Assembly: GCA_965220185.1 (NCBI GenBank)
Contig: OZ244807.1
Span: 2,578,956-2,642,955 of the forward strand
From: Candidatus Azotimanducus sp.
GTDB lineage: Bacteria > Pseudomonadota > Gammaproteobacteria > Pseudomonadales > Azotimanducaceae
DNA: 64,000 nucleotides
Direction of reading: 5' to 3'
Shown: positions 54,835 through 64,000 of the stretch, one piece after another
Numbering within the stretch: the stretch's first letter is position 1
Layout of the letters: the number at the start of each line of letters is the position of its first letter
Translations under genes and position numbers: made by a program
The notes under the pieces: generated by a model
Seen by the model: only the letters and a program-made list of their open reading frames with translations
The model's database searches: none
Told to the model about the DNA's origin: nothing

Positions 54835-55692
54835 TCACTTGCTTGCGAATTCGAGCACCTCGTCCACGCGCCGGCGCAATTGATCAATGCCGCCCACGCC
54901 AAGCGGAACGATGAGCTGATCGACGCCAAGTTCCCGATAGGCTTGGAAACTAGCCCGATCAATGGATTCGGCATCCGGACCAATGAACAATTCGATCTCA
55001 CCTTGCGGCCTGCCCGAGCGCCGCAGGTGGCTCTTGAGCCGCTCGATGCCTTCGGCCGCTGACGACGGACTGCGGTTGAAGCCGTACCAGCCATTCCCGT
55101 GCGAGGCCACGCGAGCGAAGGCGGCCTCGGATTCGCCCCCAAAGATGATCGGCGGGTGCGGCTGCTGCACCGGATTCGGGTTGGCGTAGCAGGGCTGCAG
55201 CTGGTATGTCTCGCCCTTGTACTCAGAGACGCCGCTTGTCCACAGCGCGCGCATGACTTCAATGTACTCAATTGTCCGCTTGCCGCGATCAGCGAAGCTC
55301 ATTTGCAAGTTGTCGAACTCCTCCTCAAGCCAGCCAATGCCGATGCCAAAGTCAAAGCGCCCGCCCGACAGATAGTCAAGATCGGCCACCACGCGCGCCG
55401 TGTAGACGGGATTGCGCTGCGGCACAAGGCAGATGCCGGTGCCGAGGCGCAGGCGCTCGGTCACGGCGGCGGCGAACGTCAAGGCCGAGAAAGGGTCGAG
55501 AATGCCTTTCGGATTGCCGGGAATCTTGCCGTCCCGCGCATACGGATAGCGCGAAGCGTATTCAGGAAAGAACAATACATGCTCCGGTGCCCACAATGAG
55601 TGGATGCCTGATTCATCGAGGTATCTCGCCGCCTCGATGATGTACTCGCGCGTCGTGAAATGCCCGAAGGCCATGTGTGCTCCGATTTTCAT
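54835..55692 (-). CDS. LLM-class (luciferase-like) flavin/F420-dependent oxidoreductase
   Basis: From ATG 55692 the protein begins MKIGAHMAFGHF...SLWAPEHVLFFPEY, followed by GRFDFGIGIGWLEEEF. These motifs are typical of luciferase-like monooxygenases. The track ORF starts at 55740. Confidence 0.8.
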   Translation of the reverse strand: MKIGAHMAFGHFTTREYIIEAARYLDESGIHSLWAPEHVLFFPEYASRYPYARDGKIPGNPKGILDPFSALTFAAAVTERLRLGTGICLVPQRNPVYTARVVADLDYLSGGRFDFGIGIGWLEEEFDNLQMSFADRGKRTIEYIEVMRALWTSGVSEYKGETYQLQPCYANPNPVQQPHPPIIFGGESEAAFARVASHGNGWYGFNRSPSSAAEGIERLKSHLRRSGRPQGEIELFIGPDAESIDRASFQAYRELGVDQLIVPLGVGGIDQLRRRVDEVLEFASK

Positions 55693-55805
55693 GAGGCTGC
55701 ACCTTGCTGTGTGTTGGCTGTGTTGGCAGTGTATCCGCAATGGCAGTCAGGCGGCACACAAGTGTCGGTATACTTCCATGCGGGCATCAAAGCTCGCGCA
55801 CTGAC

Positions 55806-56954
55806 ATGACATTTGATACAGAACTTGCCCGAAAGCTTACATTTGACGACCGTGATGTGGCGCCATTCTTTGCTGGGCGGCAAGCGGAAATCAAGTCATT
55901 TGAGAGCGCCCTCGAATCGGCAGAAGAAAAACCGCAAGCGGTCTTCCGTATCTATCAAGGCGCACCTGGGTGCGGAAAAACCTCATTGGCCTTTCATCTC
56001 CCCAAGATGACAGCGGAGACCACGATATTCACTCGCTTCTCCGAGACCGACAATTTTGACAAGGCAAGTTTGGCAGTCGCCATCCATGATGCGATCGCCG
56101 CCGAAAACAAACCTGCCGAACTCGTGAAAGAAATGATGGAATTGGCCCTGTCTTTGATTGGCAAGGGCGAAACGGCTCAGATGATCAAAGCAGGCAGAGT
56201 GAAGCGTGTCCCTAAGAGCGCCCAGGTGGTCATTCATATTGATGAAGCGCATTCCATGGGCGAGAAGTTCGACGGCTTTCTCAAAGCGCTTCACGTCAAG
56301 GGGGTTGGCTGGCCGTGCGTCGTGCTGCTGACAGGTCTCAATCAAACCAGAAGTCGCGTGGTCGGCATCAAGGGGCTCTCTCGTTTAGCGAAAGATGTGA
56401 CCATCAACATGGGCGCAATGGCGCATGAGGAATGTGCTGCATCGACGATGGATATGCTCGATGCCATTGGCGCCATAGGCAATCGCGAAGGCGCCGCGAG
56501 CCGAACCGCCTCTCTCTCATTCGGCTGGCCGCAGCACCTGACGACCGCGCAGGAAGCGTTGCGCGACGAACTGATCCGTGAAGAAATTGCAGGCGACCTC
56601 GGAAAAGCCGACTTTGCTCGCATCAAACGTCAGTCAGACGAAAGTCGTGCCAGCTATTACAAATCGCGGATTGAACATGGACTGCCCTCGCAGAACAAGG
56701 CGCTGACGCTGCGTATGCTTAATGCGCTGAGAACCCATCAAACATGCATGGACATCCGGGAGCTAGGCGAGCGGTGCGCGCAGACAATCGAATCCCATCC
56801 TCAGACCGGACGTTTCCAAATCCTCCCCGACCAAGGATTGGATTTCGCAGAGGCGCTTGTGCAAAAAGGTGTTGTTGTCGAAACTGACCGGGGGTTTGAA
56901 ATCGCGATTCCTTCAATGGGCGATTGGGCGGCAGACTTGTCAAACACCGCCTGA
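55806..56954 (+). CDS. P-loop NTPase (ORC/Cdc6- or AAA_22-like), paralogue of 34194..35429
   Basis: From ATG 55806 the protein has FFAGRQAEI, Walker A QGAPGCGKTSLAFHL and Walker B VVIHIDEAH, plus the shared SFGWPQHL, SYYKSR and IAIPSMGDW motifs. The track ORF starts at 55704. Confidence 0.8.
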   Translation: MTFDTELARKLTFDDRDVAPFFAGRQAEIKSFESALESAEEKPQAVFRIYQGAPGCGKTSLAFHLPKMTAETTIFTRFSETDNFDKASLAVAIHDAIAAENKPAELVKEMMELALSLIGKGETAQMIKAGRVKRVPKSAQVVIHIDEAHSMGEKFDGFLKALHVKGVGWPCVVLLTGLNQTRSRVVGIKGLSRLAKDVTINMGAMAHEECAASTMDMLDAIGAIGNREGAASRTASLSFGWPQHLTTAQEALRDELIREEIAGDLGKADFARIKRQSDESRASYYKSRIEHGLPSQNKALTLRMLNALRTHQTCMDIRELGERCAQTIESHPQTGRFQILPDQGLDFAEALVQKGVVVETDRGFEIAIPSMGDWAADLSNTA

Positions 56955-57043
56955 CCATCGAGACGCGGGAATGAACGCCCTTGACTTCACCGCCAAGATT
57001 ATGGAATCTTAGCAACACGCGCGATTGATCGCGCTTCACATCA

Positions 57044-57126
57044 CCTGAGGGGCGGCGAGAGCCTGAGATGCCGACAATCGGCAGACCCTTGGAACCTGAA
57101 CCAGATAATGCTGGCGGAGGAACAGG
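57044..57126 (+). promoter_or_regulatory. TPP (THI-box) riboswitch
   Basis: Conserved elements appear in order: GGGGCG, CTGAGA (57063..57068), ACCCTTGGAACCTGAACCAGATAATGCTGGCGGAGGAA. The P1 candidate is CCTG (57044..57047) pairing with CAGG (57123..57126). The SD GGAGG (57116..57120) of the downstream gene lies inside the aptamer 3' side. Confidence 0.85.
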
Positions 57127-57129
57127 CCT

Positions 57130-59202
57130 ATGTTCAAAAATATCCCTATCGTGCTGACTGCTCTGCTGGTCGGCGTTTTGCCTTACCACGGTCTTCTTGC
57201 CGAGGATGATCAGCGCGTCGAGGAAATCACCGTCTACGGCGAGCTGCGCGAATCGAGCATCCTTGAGCTGCCGACGAGCGTGACCGTGCTAGACGACGCC
57301 TTGATTGATGCAAGAAGCGCGACGCATCTTGAAGAGATCTTGGCCGCAAGCGCCAACATCAACCTTGCGAGCGGCGCTTCGCGCGCGCGCTTCTTTCAAA
57401 TCCGCGGGGTTGGCGAGCGCGGTCAGTTCATTGAGCCGCTGAATCCGTCGGTGGGACTGCTCATCGACGGCGTTGATTTCAGCGGCATTGGCGGTGCTGC
57501 CACCCTCTTTGACATCGAGCAGGTGGAGGTGTTTCGCGGGCCGCAAGGCACGCTCTACGGGGCCAATGCGCTCGCCGGGCTTATTTCTCTCAAGAGCCGC
57601 GCCCCGACATTCGAGACCAACGGACGCCTTCGACTGGAAGCTGGCGACCACGGCACCCAAGGGCTCGCGGGCGCTTACGGCGGCGCACTCTCAGAGCATG
57701 TCGCTTTTCGCACATCCCTCGCCCATCACGCGAGCGATGGGTTCATTGACAATACCTTCCTTGGCGCAGACGACACCAACAACCTCAGCGAGACAACTTG
57801 GCGAGGCAAGCTGCGCTTTGATCTCTCAAGCGCCGCCCGCTTTGATGTCGGCCTCGGACTGGTCTCGCTCGACAATGGCTACGATGCCTTTTCGCTTGAC
57901 AACGACCGACGCACGCGCTCGGACAGTCCGGGCGCGGATACGCAAGACAGCGTCTTCGGAACGTTGAAATTCACGCGTCAAGGACATGCGTTCGACACGG
58001 AATTGAGCCTCGCGGCGCTCCGCTCGGACTCCGAATACGGCTATGACGAAGACTGGACTTTTGACGGATTTCATCCGTCGGGCTACGCATCGACCGACCA
58101 GTACAATCGCGAACGCGAGACGTGGAGTGGCGAGATTCGGCTCACTTCCAGCGAAGAAGGCAGTCTGTTCGGAGGGCGCACGGACTGGGTGGCTGGCCTG
58201 CGCGCGCTCAATCAAGCCGTCGATTTCGTGCGCGTCTATACCTATGCGGATGCTGATTTCACAAGCGACTTCGAGATTCAGCGCATCGCGGGCTACGCGC
58301 GCACCGAAACCATCCTCTCGCAGCGGGCGAGCCTGACGCTCGGCGTGCGCCTCGAATCGCACGAGTCGCGCTACTCGGATTCAGCCGCACTCGCCTTCAA
58401 TCCCGACGAAAATCTTTTCGGCGGGCGCCTTGCCTTGGATTACGCGCTTCGCGAAGACCTGTTCGCCTATGCGAGCCTCGCGCGCGGCTACAAGGCGGGC
58501 GGTTTCAATACTGATGGCACGCTTGATGCCGCGCTTCGAGAATTCGATGCGGAGTACCTTTTGAACTATGAACTTGGCCTCAAGGGCTCGTGGCCAGCAC
58601 TGGGATTAAGCCTCCGCCTCGCCGCCTTCTGGATGCAGCGCGATGATGTGCAGATCGATAGTTCGATCACGCTGGTGAGAGCGGATGGCAGCAGCGAGTT
58701 CATCGACTTCACCGGCAATGCTGCAGAAGGCGTGAACCAAGGGATTGAAGCTGAGCTCGACTGGGCGCCGAATGATCGGCTGAGTCTCGCAGCGAGCTTG
58801 GGCCTCTTAACTAGCGAATACGAGAACTACGTCAATGCAGAGGGCGAGGACCTTGATGGCCGAGAGCAGGCGCACGCACCGGGCTATCAATACCACCTCG
58901 CTGCGTATATCGACATCACCGAAGGGCTATCCCTCAACCTGACGCTTGAAGGCCGAGACAAGCACTTCTTCTCGGACAGCCACAATGCCAAGTCGAGCGC
59001 CTATGACCTCGTTCATGCATCGCTTGCCTACCAGTGGCGGGACTGGACGATTCGCCTCTGGGGACGGAATTTGGGCGACGAGGACTACTTTGTGCGCGGC
59101 TACTACTTTGGCAATGATCCGCGCGATGACTACGAATCCAAAGCCTATACGCAACTCGGCGAGCCGCGCCGCTTCGGTGTGACGGTGAAAATTGAGATTT
59201 AA
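57130..59202 (+). CDS. TonB-dependent outer-membrane receptor (thiamine or thiamine-precursor uptake candidate)
   Basis: 690-aa ORF with a signal peptide, a TonB-box-like EEITVYG, the plug motif FRGPQGTLYGANALAG and a C-terminal barrel ending FGVTVKIEI. It lies directly behind the TPP riboswitch. Confidence 0.9.
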   Translation: MFKNIPIVLTALLVGVLPYHGLLAEDDQRVEEITVYGELRESSILELPTSVTVLDDALIDARSATHLEEILAASANINLASGASRARFFQIRGVGERGQFIEPLNPSVGLLIDGVDFSGIGGAATLFDIEQVEVFRGPQGTLYGANALAGLISLKSRAPTFETNGRLRLEAGDHGTQGLAGAYGGALSEHVAFRTSLAHHASDGFIDNTFLGADDTNNLSETTWRGKLRFDLSSAARFDVGLGLVSLDNGYDAFSLDNDRRTRSDSPGADTQDSVFGTLKFTRQGHAFDTELSLAALRSDSEYGYDEDWTFDGFHPSGYASTDQYNRERETWSGEIRLTSSEEGSLFGGRTDWVAGLRALNQAVDFVRVYTYADADFTSDFEIQRIAGYARTETILSQRASLTLGVRLESHESRYSDSAALAFNPDENLFGGRLALDYALREDLFAYASLARGYKAGGFNTDGTLDAALREFDAEYLLNYELGLKGSWPALGLSLRLAAFWMQRDDVQIDSSITLVRADGSSEFIDFTGNAAEGVNQGIEAELDWAPNDRLSLAASLGLLTSEYENYVNAEGEDLDGREQAHAPGYQYHLAAYIDITEGLSLNLTLEGRDKHFFSDSHNAKSSAYDLVHASLAYQWRDWTIRLWGRNLGDEDYFVRGYYFGNDPRDDYESKAYTQLGEPRRFGVTVKIEI

Positions 59203-60038
59203 CGCCCTTTGTAGACAGGCTTGCGCTTCTGCATGAACGCGAGCGGGCCTTCGCGGGCATCTTCGGTTTGAAAGACCGGCTCGGAAAACTTGCTTTCAAG
59301 TTTCAATGCCTCGGCCTCGGGCAATCCCAAGCACTCGCGCGCCGACTGGCGGATGGCCTTGACGGCGATCGGCCCGTTAGCGGCGATCTTCTCGGCGATT
59401 TCCATGGCTTTGGCGAGCACCTGATCGGGTTCGACCACATAATTGAGGAAGCCGCAATCGAGCGCGGCCTTGGCATTCATCAGATCGCCTGTCAGCAACA
59501 GTTCCATGGCCTTGGCGAAGCCGACTTGCAGCGGAAGGCGCACCGTTGAGCCGCCCGCCGGAAAGATCGCCCACTTGACCTCCTGCACGCCAAAGCGCGC
59601 CGCAGCAGTCGCCACGCGAATATCTGTCCCCTGCACAAGCTCCATGCCGCCAGCAATCGCATGGCCGTTGATGGCGGCGATGACCGGTTTCTCGGGATTG
59701 AAGTCTCGCAGTAGTGCGCCTGCCGCGATGCCTGGGTTCGCGACGACGCGCTCATCCCATTCGTTTTCCGGCTTGCGAGCACCGGACATCAGAGGGATGA
59801 GTTGACCCAAGTCCGCCCCTGCGCAGAAGCAATCGCCCGTGCCGGTGACAACGCCGACACGCACCTGATCGTCGTCTCTGATTGACATCCAGGCATCATA
59901 GAGCCCGACCGCGACCTCGGGGTTCATAGCGTTCTTCGCCTCGGGGCGATTCAATGTCACCCGTGCGACATGGCCTTCAACTTGATATTCGATTAGGGAC
60001 ATATGACGTTCCTCGCTCTCTATGTGTTCTGTGCTCAT
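59199..60038 (-). CDS. Enoyl-CoA hydratase/isomerase family protein (crotonase fold)
   Basis: The protein has VARVTLNRPEAKNAMN, CFCAGADL and AAINGHAIAGGMEL. ATG 60038 overlaps the upstream stop in an ATGA arrangement; an alternative start is ATG 60002. Confidence 0.88.
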   Translation of the reverse strand: MSTEHIESEERHMSLIEYQVEGHVARVTLNRPEAKNAMNPEVAVGLYDAWMSIRDDDQVRVGVVTGTGDCFCAGADLGQLIPLMSGARKPENEWDERVVANPGIAAGALLRDFNPEKPVIAAINGHAIAGGMELVQGTDIRVATAAARFGVQEVKWAIFPAGGSTVRLPLQVGFAKAMELLLTGDLMNAKAALDCGFLNYVVEPDQVLAKAMEIAEKIAANGPIAVKAIRQSARECLGLPEAEALKLESKFSEPVFQTEDAREGPLAFMQKRKPVYKGR

Positions 60039-61774
60039 TGATTTGGATTGGAAGCCAAATCTCGCAAGGCTTGCGCACGCGCCGCTGCAAACTCATCCGC
60101 CGGATGCCAGGACGGCATCTCATCGGCTTGCGCGATGAGATAGGTGGTCAAAAGCGCGAAGCGCGCGTCCGCCACCATACCATCAAACACCCAGTCGTCT
60201 GTGAGTTCATCGCTTGGCTGATGATAGTGCTGCTCGGTCCATTCGCGGATACGATCTCGACCCCATCCTTGCGGCTTGCCGATGATCTGGACACCGCCGT
60301 CAAGATACATACCTGGCACGCCGATCTTCGCGAAACTGAATTGGTCGGAACGGTAGTAGTAGCCGCGATCGGGGAACTGGTCGCCGTGCAGCCTGCGCCC
60401 TGTGTACTCGGCGACCGTCTCCGCTACGGCATCGAGCGAGGATTTGCCGAGCCCGATAAAGATCATGTCGCTCGCTTCGCCCCAGATGTTGGCGCCGTCT
60501 AGATTGACGTTGGCAGCGATTCGCCCCGCATGAAAGGTCGGATGCTTGGCATAGTATTCTGAGCCCAACAGCCCTTGCTCTTCAGCGCCAACAAGCGCAA
60601 ATACAATCGAGCGCCGCGGCGGCTCTGGCAAGGCTTTCATCGCCTTGGCAATCGCCAAGATTTGCGCCACGCCGGTCGCGTTGTCGAGTGCGCCGTTGTA
60701 TATGACATCTTCATCGGCGCTCGAAGCCTCGCCCTGCCCGAGATGATCGTGATGCGCGGTGAGGATGACGGCTTGCTCGCTGAGCACCGGGTCGCAGCCT
60801 TCAATGACCCCAAGCACGTTGGCAGTTTCGGTTCGATCAAGCTGCGCAGTTAAACGCAAGCTCGAGCTCGCACCGAGCGGAACGGGCACAAAATCGCGCG
60901 AGCGCGCCGACTCGGTCAAGTCGTCAAGCGCATGGCCTGCGGAGGCGAGCAGGCGCTCCGCCGCATCTTCCGTCATCCAAGCCGACGCTTGCAGTCGCGG
61001 CTCGCCTTCTGCAGGCAACTCAAATTGCGGCCCTGACCATGATGTCGCAACCACCTGCCAAGGATAGCCAGCCGACGGTGTGGTGTGGATGATGATGGCC
61101 GCGGCCGCCCCGAGCTTGGTGGCAATCTCGTACTTGTATATCCATCGACCATAATAGAGACGCCGCTCGCCTGCAAAGAGGTCGGCATCCCAGTCAGGAT
61201 CGTTGTTGAGCATGACCAGCACCTTGCCACGCATATCCATGCCTTTGTAATCGTCCCAGTCATATTCGGGTGCTTGAATGCCATAGCCGACGAACACCAT
61301 CTCGGCGTCTTGGAATGCCGCGGTTTTGGCCTGATTGCCCGCATTAACAACGAACTCGCTGACAGGTTCGGCGGTAAAGCCGGTTGAAAACGACCAGTCG
61401 CCGTCAATCGCGCTCGTCACACCAACAAGGTCGAACGACTGCTGGTAGCCTTCGCCCGTCCCGGGCGCAACGCCTATCGAGGCGAATTCATCAGCGAGCC
61501 ATTGCCGCGCCTTGATATCACCAGCGCTGCCCGGGCCGCGCCCTTCATAGGCATCGCTTGAGATCTCGGCGACAACTGCTCTCAGGTATTCGGCTGTCAC
61601 CTGAGAAGACATGCTGTCCGCGTGTGCGAGCGCCCCACTCGCTTCGCGTGGGCCACAGGGCTGTGCCTCGCGCTGCTCGAACTCCGCCAGTGCGTCGCGG
61701 TTGATCGGCGCGAAGACGACAACAAGCGCGAGCGCACCAGCGAACAACATAGATATCCGTAATCCGTAATTCAT
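60035..61774 (-). CDS. M28-family aminopeptidase with a PA domain, secreted
   Basis: 579-aa ORF with a signal peptide, and the M28 motifs LTAHHDHLG, GAEEQGLLGS, SDQFSFAKIGVP and HYHQPSDE. Confidence 0.85.
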   Translation of the reverse strand: MNYGLRISMLFAGALALVVVFAPINRDALAEFEQREAQPCGPREASGALAHADSMSSQVTAEYLRAVVAEISSDAYEGRGPGSAGDIKARQWLADEFASIGVAPGTGEGYQQSFDLVGVTSAIDGDWSFSTGFTAEPVSEFVVNAGNQAKTAAFQDAEMVFVGYGIQAPEYDWDDYKGMDMRGKVLVMLNNDPDWDADLFAGERRLYYGRWIYKYEIATKLGAAAAIIIHTTPSAGYPWQVVATSWSGPQFELPAEGEPRLQASAWMTEDAAERLLASAGHALDDLTESARSRDFVPVPLGASSSLRLTAQLDRTETANVLGVIEGCDPVLSEQAVILTAHHDHLGQGEASSADEDVIYNGALDNATGVAQILAIAKAMKALPEPPRRSIVFALVGAEEQGLLGSEYYAKHPTFHAGRIAANVNLDGANIWGEASDMIFIGLGKSSLDAVAETVAEYTGRRLHGDQFPDRGYYYRSDQFSFAKIGVPGMYLDGGVQIIGKPQGWGRDRIREWTEQHYHQPSDELTDDWVFDGMVADARFALLTTYLIAQADEMPSWHPADEFAAARAQALRDLASNPNQ

Positions 61775-61783
61775 AAACCCCTC

Positions 61784-63121
61784 CTACAATGGCTCGAATT
61801 CAAGTTGCGCGCCGAGGCTTCGGCGAGCGAGCCCGTCACCGTCGTAAGCGACTTCTCCATTGACCCAGGTGCCTTGCACCGAAGAGCGAAATGAGCTGCC
61901 AGCGAATGGCGTCCAACCGCAGCGCGCATAGACGGGCGATTTATCGACATCTGTTCCAATCCGCGTGGACACCCGCACAAGATCAGCGAAGTAGCCCTCG
62001 CGCAGAAAGCCGCGTTCGCGCACGCCGAAGCGAATCGCTGGCGCATGGCACATTTTCATCACGAGCTTCGGCAGATCAAGTCGGCCAGCACTGACCAGTT
62101 CCATGCCAATGAGGAGGTTGTGCTGCGCGAGCGGCAAACCCGCCAGCGTTTCAGTGTAGCCGCCCTGCTTTTCTTCCCAGGTGTGCGGCGCATGGTCGGT
62201 GGCAATGATGTCAATGCGATCTTCCGCGAGGGCATTGATCAGCGCTTCTTGATCCTCAACGCGCTTGATCGAAGGATTGCACTTGATGAGCGAGCCTTTG
62301 GATTCATACCAGGACTCGTTGAAAAAGAGATGGTGGCCACAGACTTCCACCGTGATTTGCTTCTTCTCGATTGGTCCGGGCTCGAAAAGCTCAAGTTCTC
62401 GCTCCGTCGTCAAGTGCAGCACATGCAGCCGCGAGCCGTGCTTTTTGGCGAGTCCGACGGCAAGCGAAGAGGATTTGTAGCATGACTCGGCGGAACGAAT
62501 GCGCACATGTTCGGCAAAAGGGATGTCCTTGCCGAACTTCTCAAGCGCTGCCGCCTCGGCTGCCTGAATCATCGGCGTGTCCTCGCAATGGGTGGTGATG
62601 ATGAGCGGCGTGCCAGCGAAGATGCCTTCGAGCGTAGCCGGGTCGTTGACCAGCATGTTGCCGGTCGATGCGCCCATGAATACCTTCACGCCACAAACAA
62701 GCGTGTTGTCCACGCGCTTGATGGCCTCAAGGTTATCGTTGGTGGCGCCAAAATAGAAGGCGTAGTTGGCCATCGAGTCGCGCGCGGCGATGGCGAGCTT
62801 GTTGCGCACGGCGTCAAGAGTGATGGTTTGCGGACGAGTGTTCGGCATCTCCATGTAGCTCGTGATGCCGCCGGCGACAGCCGCCCGCGATTCAGTCGCG
62901 ATGCAGCCTTTGTGCGTGAGCCCGGGCTCGCGGAAGTGTACTTGATCGTCAATGACGCCCGGCAGCAGAAGATCGCCCGCGAAGTCCACTTCTTTGGCGG
63001 CGCTCGGCACGACAAAGCCAGAACCAATGGCAGCGATGCGCGAGCCTTCGACCATGAGATCACCTTCGGTGATGTAGCCCTCATTGACAATGCGGGCGTT
63101 TTTGATGCAGAAGCTAGGCAT
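61784..63121 (-). CDS. pyrC: Dihydroorotase (long, class I/allantoinase-like type)
   Basis: 445-aa amidohydrolase with LPGVIDDQVHFREPG, VKVFMGASTGN, THCED and ATDHAPH. Confidence 0.8.
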   Translation of the reverse strand: MPSFCIKNARIVNEGYITEGDLMVEGSRIAAIGSGFVVPSAAKEVDFAGDLLLPGVIDDQVHFREPGLTHKGCIATESRAAVAGGITSYMEMPNTRPQTITLDAVRNKLAIAARDSMANYAFYFGATNDNLEAIKRVDNTLVCGVKVFMGASTGNMLVNDPATLEGIFAGTPLIITTHCEDTPMIQAAEAAALEKFGKDIPFAEHVRIRSAESCYKSSSLAVGLAKKHGSRLHVLHLTTERELELFEPGPIEKKQITVEVCGHHLFFNESWYESKGSLIKCNPSIKRVEDQEALINALAEDRIDIIATDHAPHTWEEKQGGYTETLAGLPLAQHNLLIGMELVSAGRLDLPKLVMKMCHAPAIRFGVRERGFLREGYFADLVRVSTRIGTDVDKSPVYARCGWTPFAGSSFRSSVQGTWVNGEVAYDGDGLARRSLGAQLEFEPL

Positions 63122-63365
63122 GGGATGAAGAATCTGGAGGATAGGGTTGAGGATAGCCGAAAAGGCTAGGCGGTGGAGCGACCAGCAGGCCGCGCATCTC
63201 GTCTATTGTCTCTACCTGACGATAGGCTGATATCCACGATCATCCTTGCAATGGTCGCGCTCTTCATCCCCCCTTTTACCCTCATGTAGCGTTGGACAAC
63301 TCCGACTTGAACTTGGAGTTGAGATGTCTCAGAATGCCTCAAGCCATTGCATTTGGAGAATTTTA

Positions 63366-63992
63366 ATGAAGGCAAAATTTTTCCCTGCGATATTTGCCGC
63401 CTTCACGCTGGCAAGCGGGCTAGCCGCAGCTTGTGGAACGGAAGATCAGGGTGCGCCTCATCCCAATGGGGGCGGATGGGTTGCCAGCACAGCACAGGTT
63501 GACAGTGATGTCTACGTTGGTCCCAGAGCATCTGTTTGCGGTAATGCCAAAGTATCCGGCCTTGCCACCACGGTATCCGACCATGCCCAAGTATTCGGCA
63601 ATGCGGTTGTCCGCGGAGGCAGCAATATTCTGGATGATGCTCAAGTTTATGGCAACGCCAAGGTCATTGATTCGCTGGTTTTGGGGGAAGTTTACGGAAA
63701 TGCAAGAGTCCTGGATGATGCGCAGGTCTCCGGCAGGGCAAAGGTTTACGGGAATGCCAAGGTTGCGGGAATAAATACTTATGTTTCTGAATACGCTGAA
63801 GTTTTTGGAGATGCGGTTGTGCGTGGTTCAGTCATCAGGGCATACGGAAAGGTCAACTGCGGGCGCTGGATCGGAGTCAAAGTCTTTGACGATCAAACCA
63901 AACTGGCAAGTGCGGAAAGAATGGCCAAGAAACATGGAAGAATAATGGCCCGGACACAAACGGCAGTGCCGAAAACATCGGCGATGAACTGA
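63366..63992 (+). CDS. Secreted protein or possible lipoprotein built from short (A/Q)xV(Y/F)GNAxV repeats (beta-helix-like)
   Basis: From ATG 63366 the protein begins MKAKFFPAIFAAFTLASGLAAAC. It then has at least 8 repeats of the type AQVYGNAKV, ARVLDDAQV and AEVFGDAVV. The track ORF starts at 63246. Confidence 0.6.
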   Translation: MKAKFFPAIFAAFTLASGLAAACGTEDQGAPHPNGGGWVASTAQVDSDVYVGPRASVCGNAKVSGLATTVSDHAQVFGNAVVRGGSNILDDAQVYGNAKVIDSLVLGEVYGNARVLDDAQVSGRAKVYGNAKVAGINTYVSEYAEVFGDAVVRGSVIRAYGKVNCGRWIGVKVFDDQTKLASAERMAKKHGRIMARTQTAVPKTSAMN

Positions 63993-64000
63993 GCAACCCG

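Overview
Proteobacterial chromosome segment. By hand-sampling 60-nt lines the baseline GC is about 57-60%, with clearly foreign or mosaic blocks. No rRNA, tRNA or CRISPR array was seen.

Core content:
- The envelope/replication cluster rseP-bamA-skp-fabZ-rnhB-(vapBC)-dnaE-tilS lies on the minus strand. It lacks the lpxD, lpxA, lpxB and accA genes that sit in this cluster in E. coli.
- Amino-acid and lipid metabolism genes: two aminotransferases, three AMP-dependent ligases, a family III CoA-transferase, a crotonase, glpK, a PatB/MalY-type lyase, a 2-hydroxyacid dehydrogenase and dihydroorotase.
- An SNF2 helicase plus SWIM protein pair.
- A TPP riboswitch in front of a TonB-dependent receptor.

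Accessory content:
- Two giant paralogous Calx-beta autotransporters (1..5139, partial, and 47020..52188). Their passengers contain a repeated ~75-aa module that I do not recognise.
- An IS110/IS1111-type element (5276..6712) with a highly structured 3' non-coding end, inserted next to a cluster of palindromes.
- Two lower-GC islets (about 32.4-38.4 kb and 52.2-57.0 kb).

Most interesting signal: the islets carry three small secreted proteins that share a conserved leader cassette.
- One leader has a C19 tract in frame.
- One has a C18-A-C8 tract that is 1 nt out of frame, behind a near-consensus promoter.
- One has only a C4 remnant and is also 1 nt out of frame.
This looks like a translational phase-variation switch in the signal-peptide coding region. 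Homopolymer length error in the assembly must be excluded first.

Two of the leader genes (32509 and 54119) are followed by one of two paralogous ORC/AAA_22-like P-loop NTPases. The islets also hold a decayed Dam-like methyltransferase interrupted by a 145-bp inverted-repeat element, a 100-bp perfect-IR element, and two toxin-antitoxin-like pairs.

All similarity statements are from reading the translations; no database search was possible.
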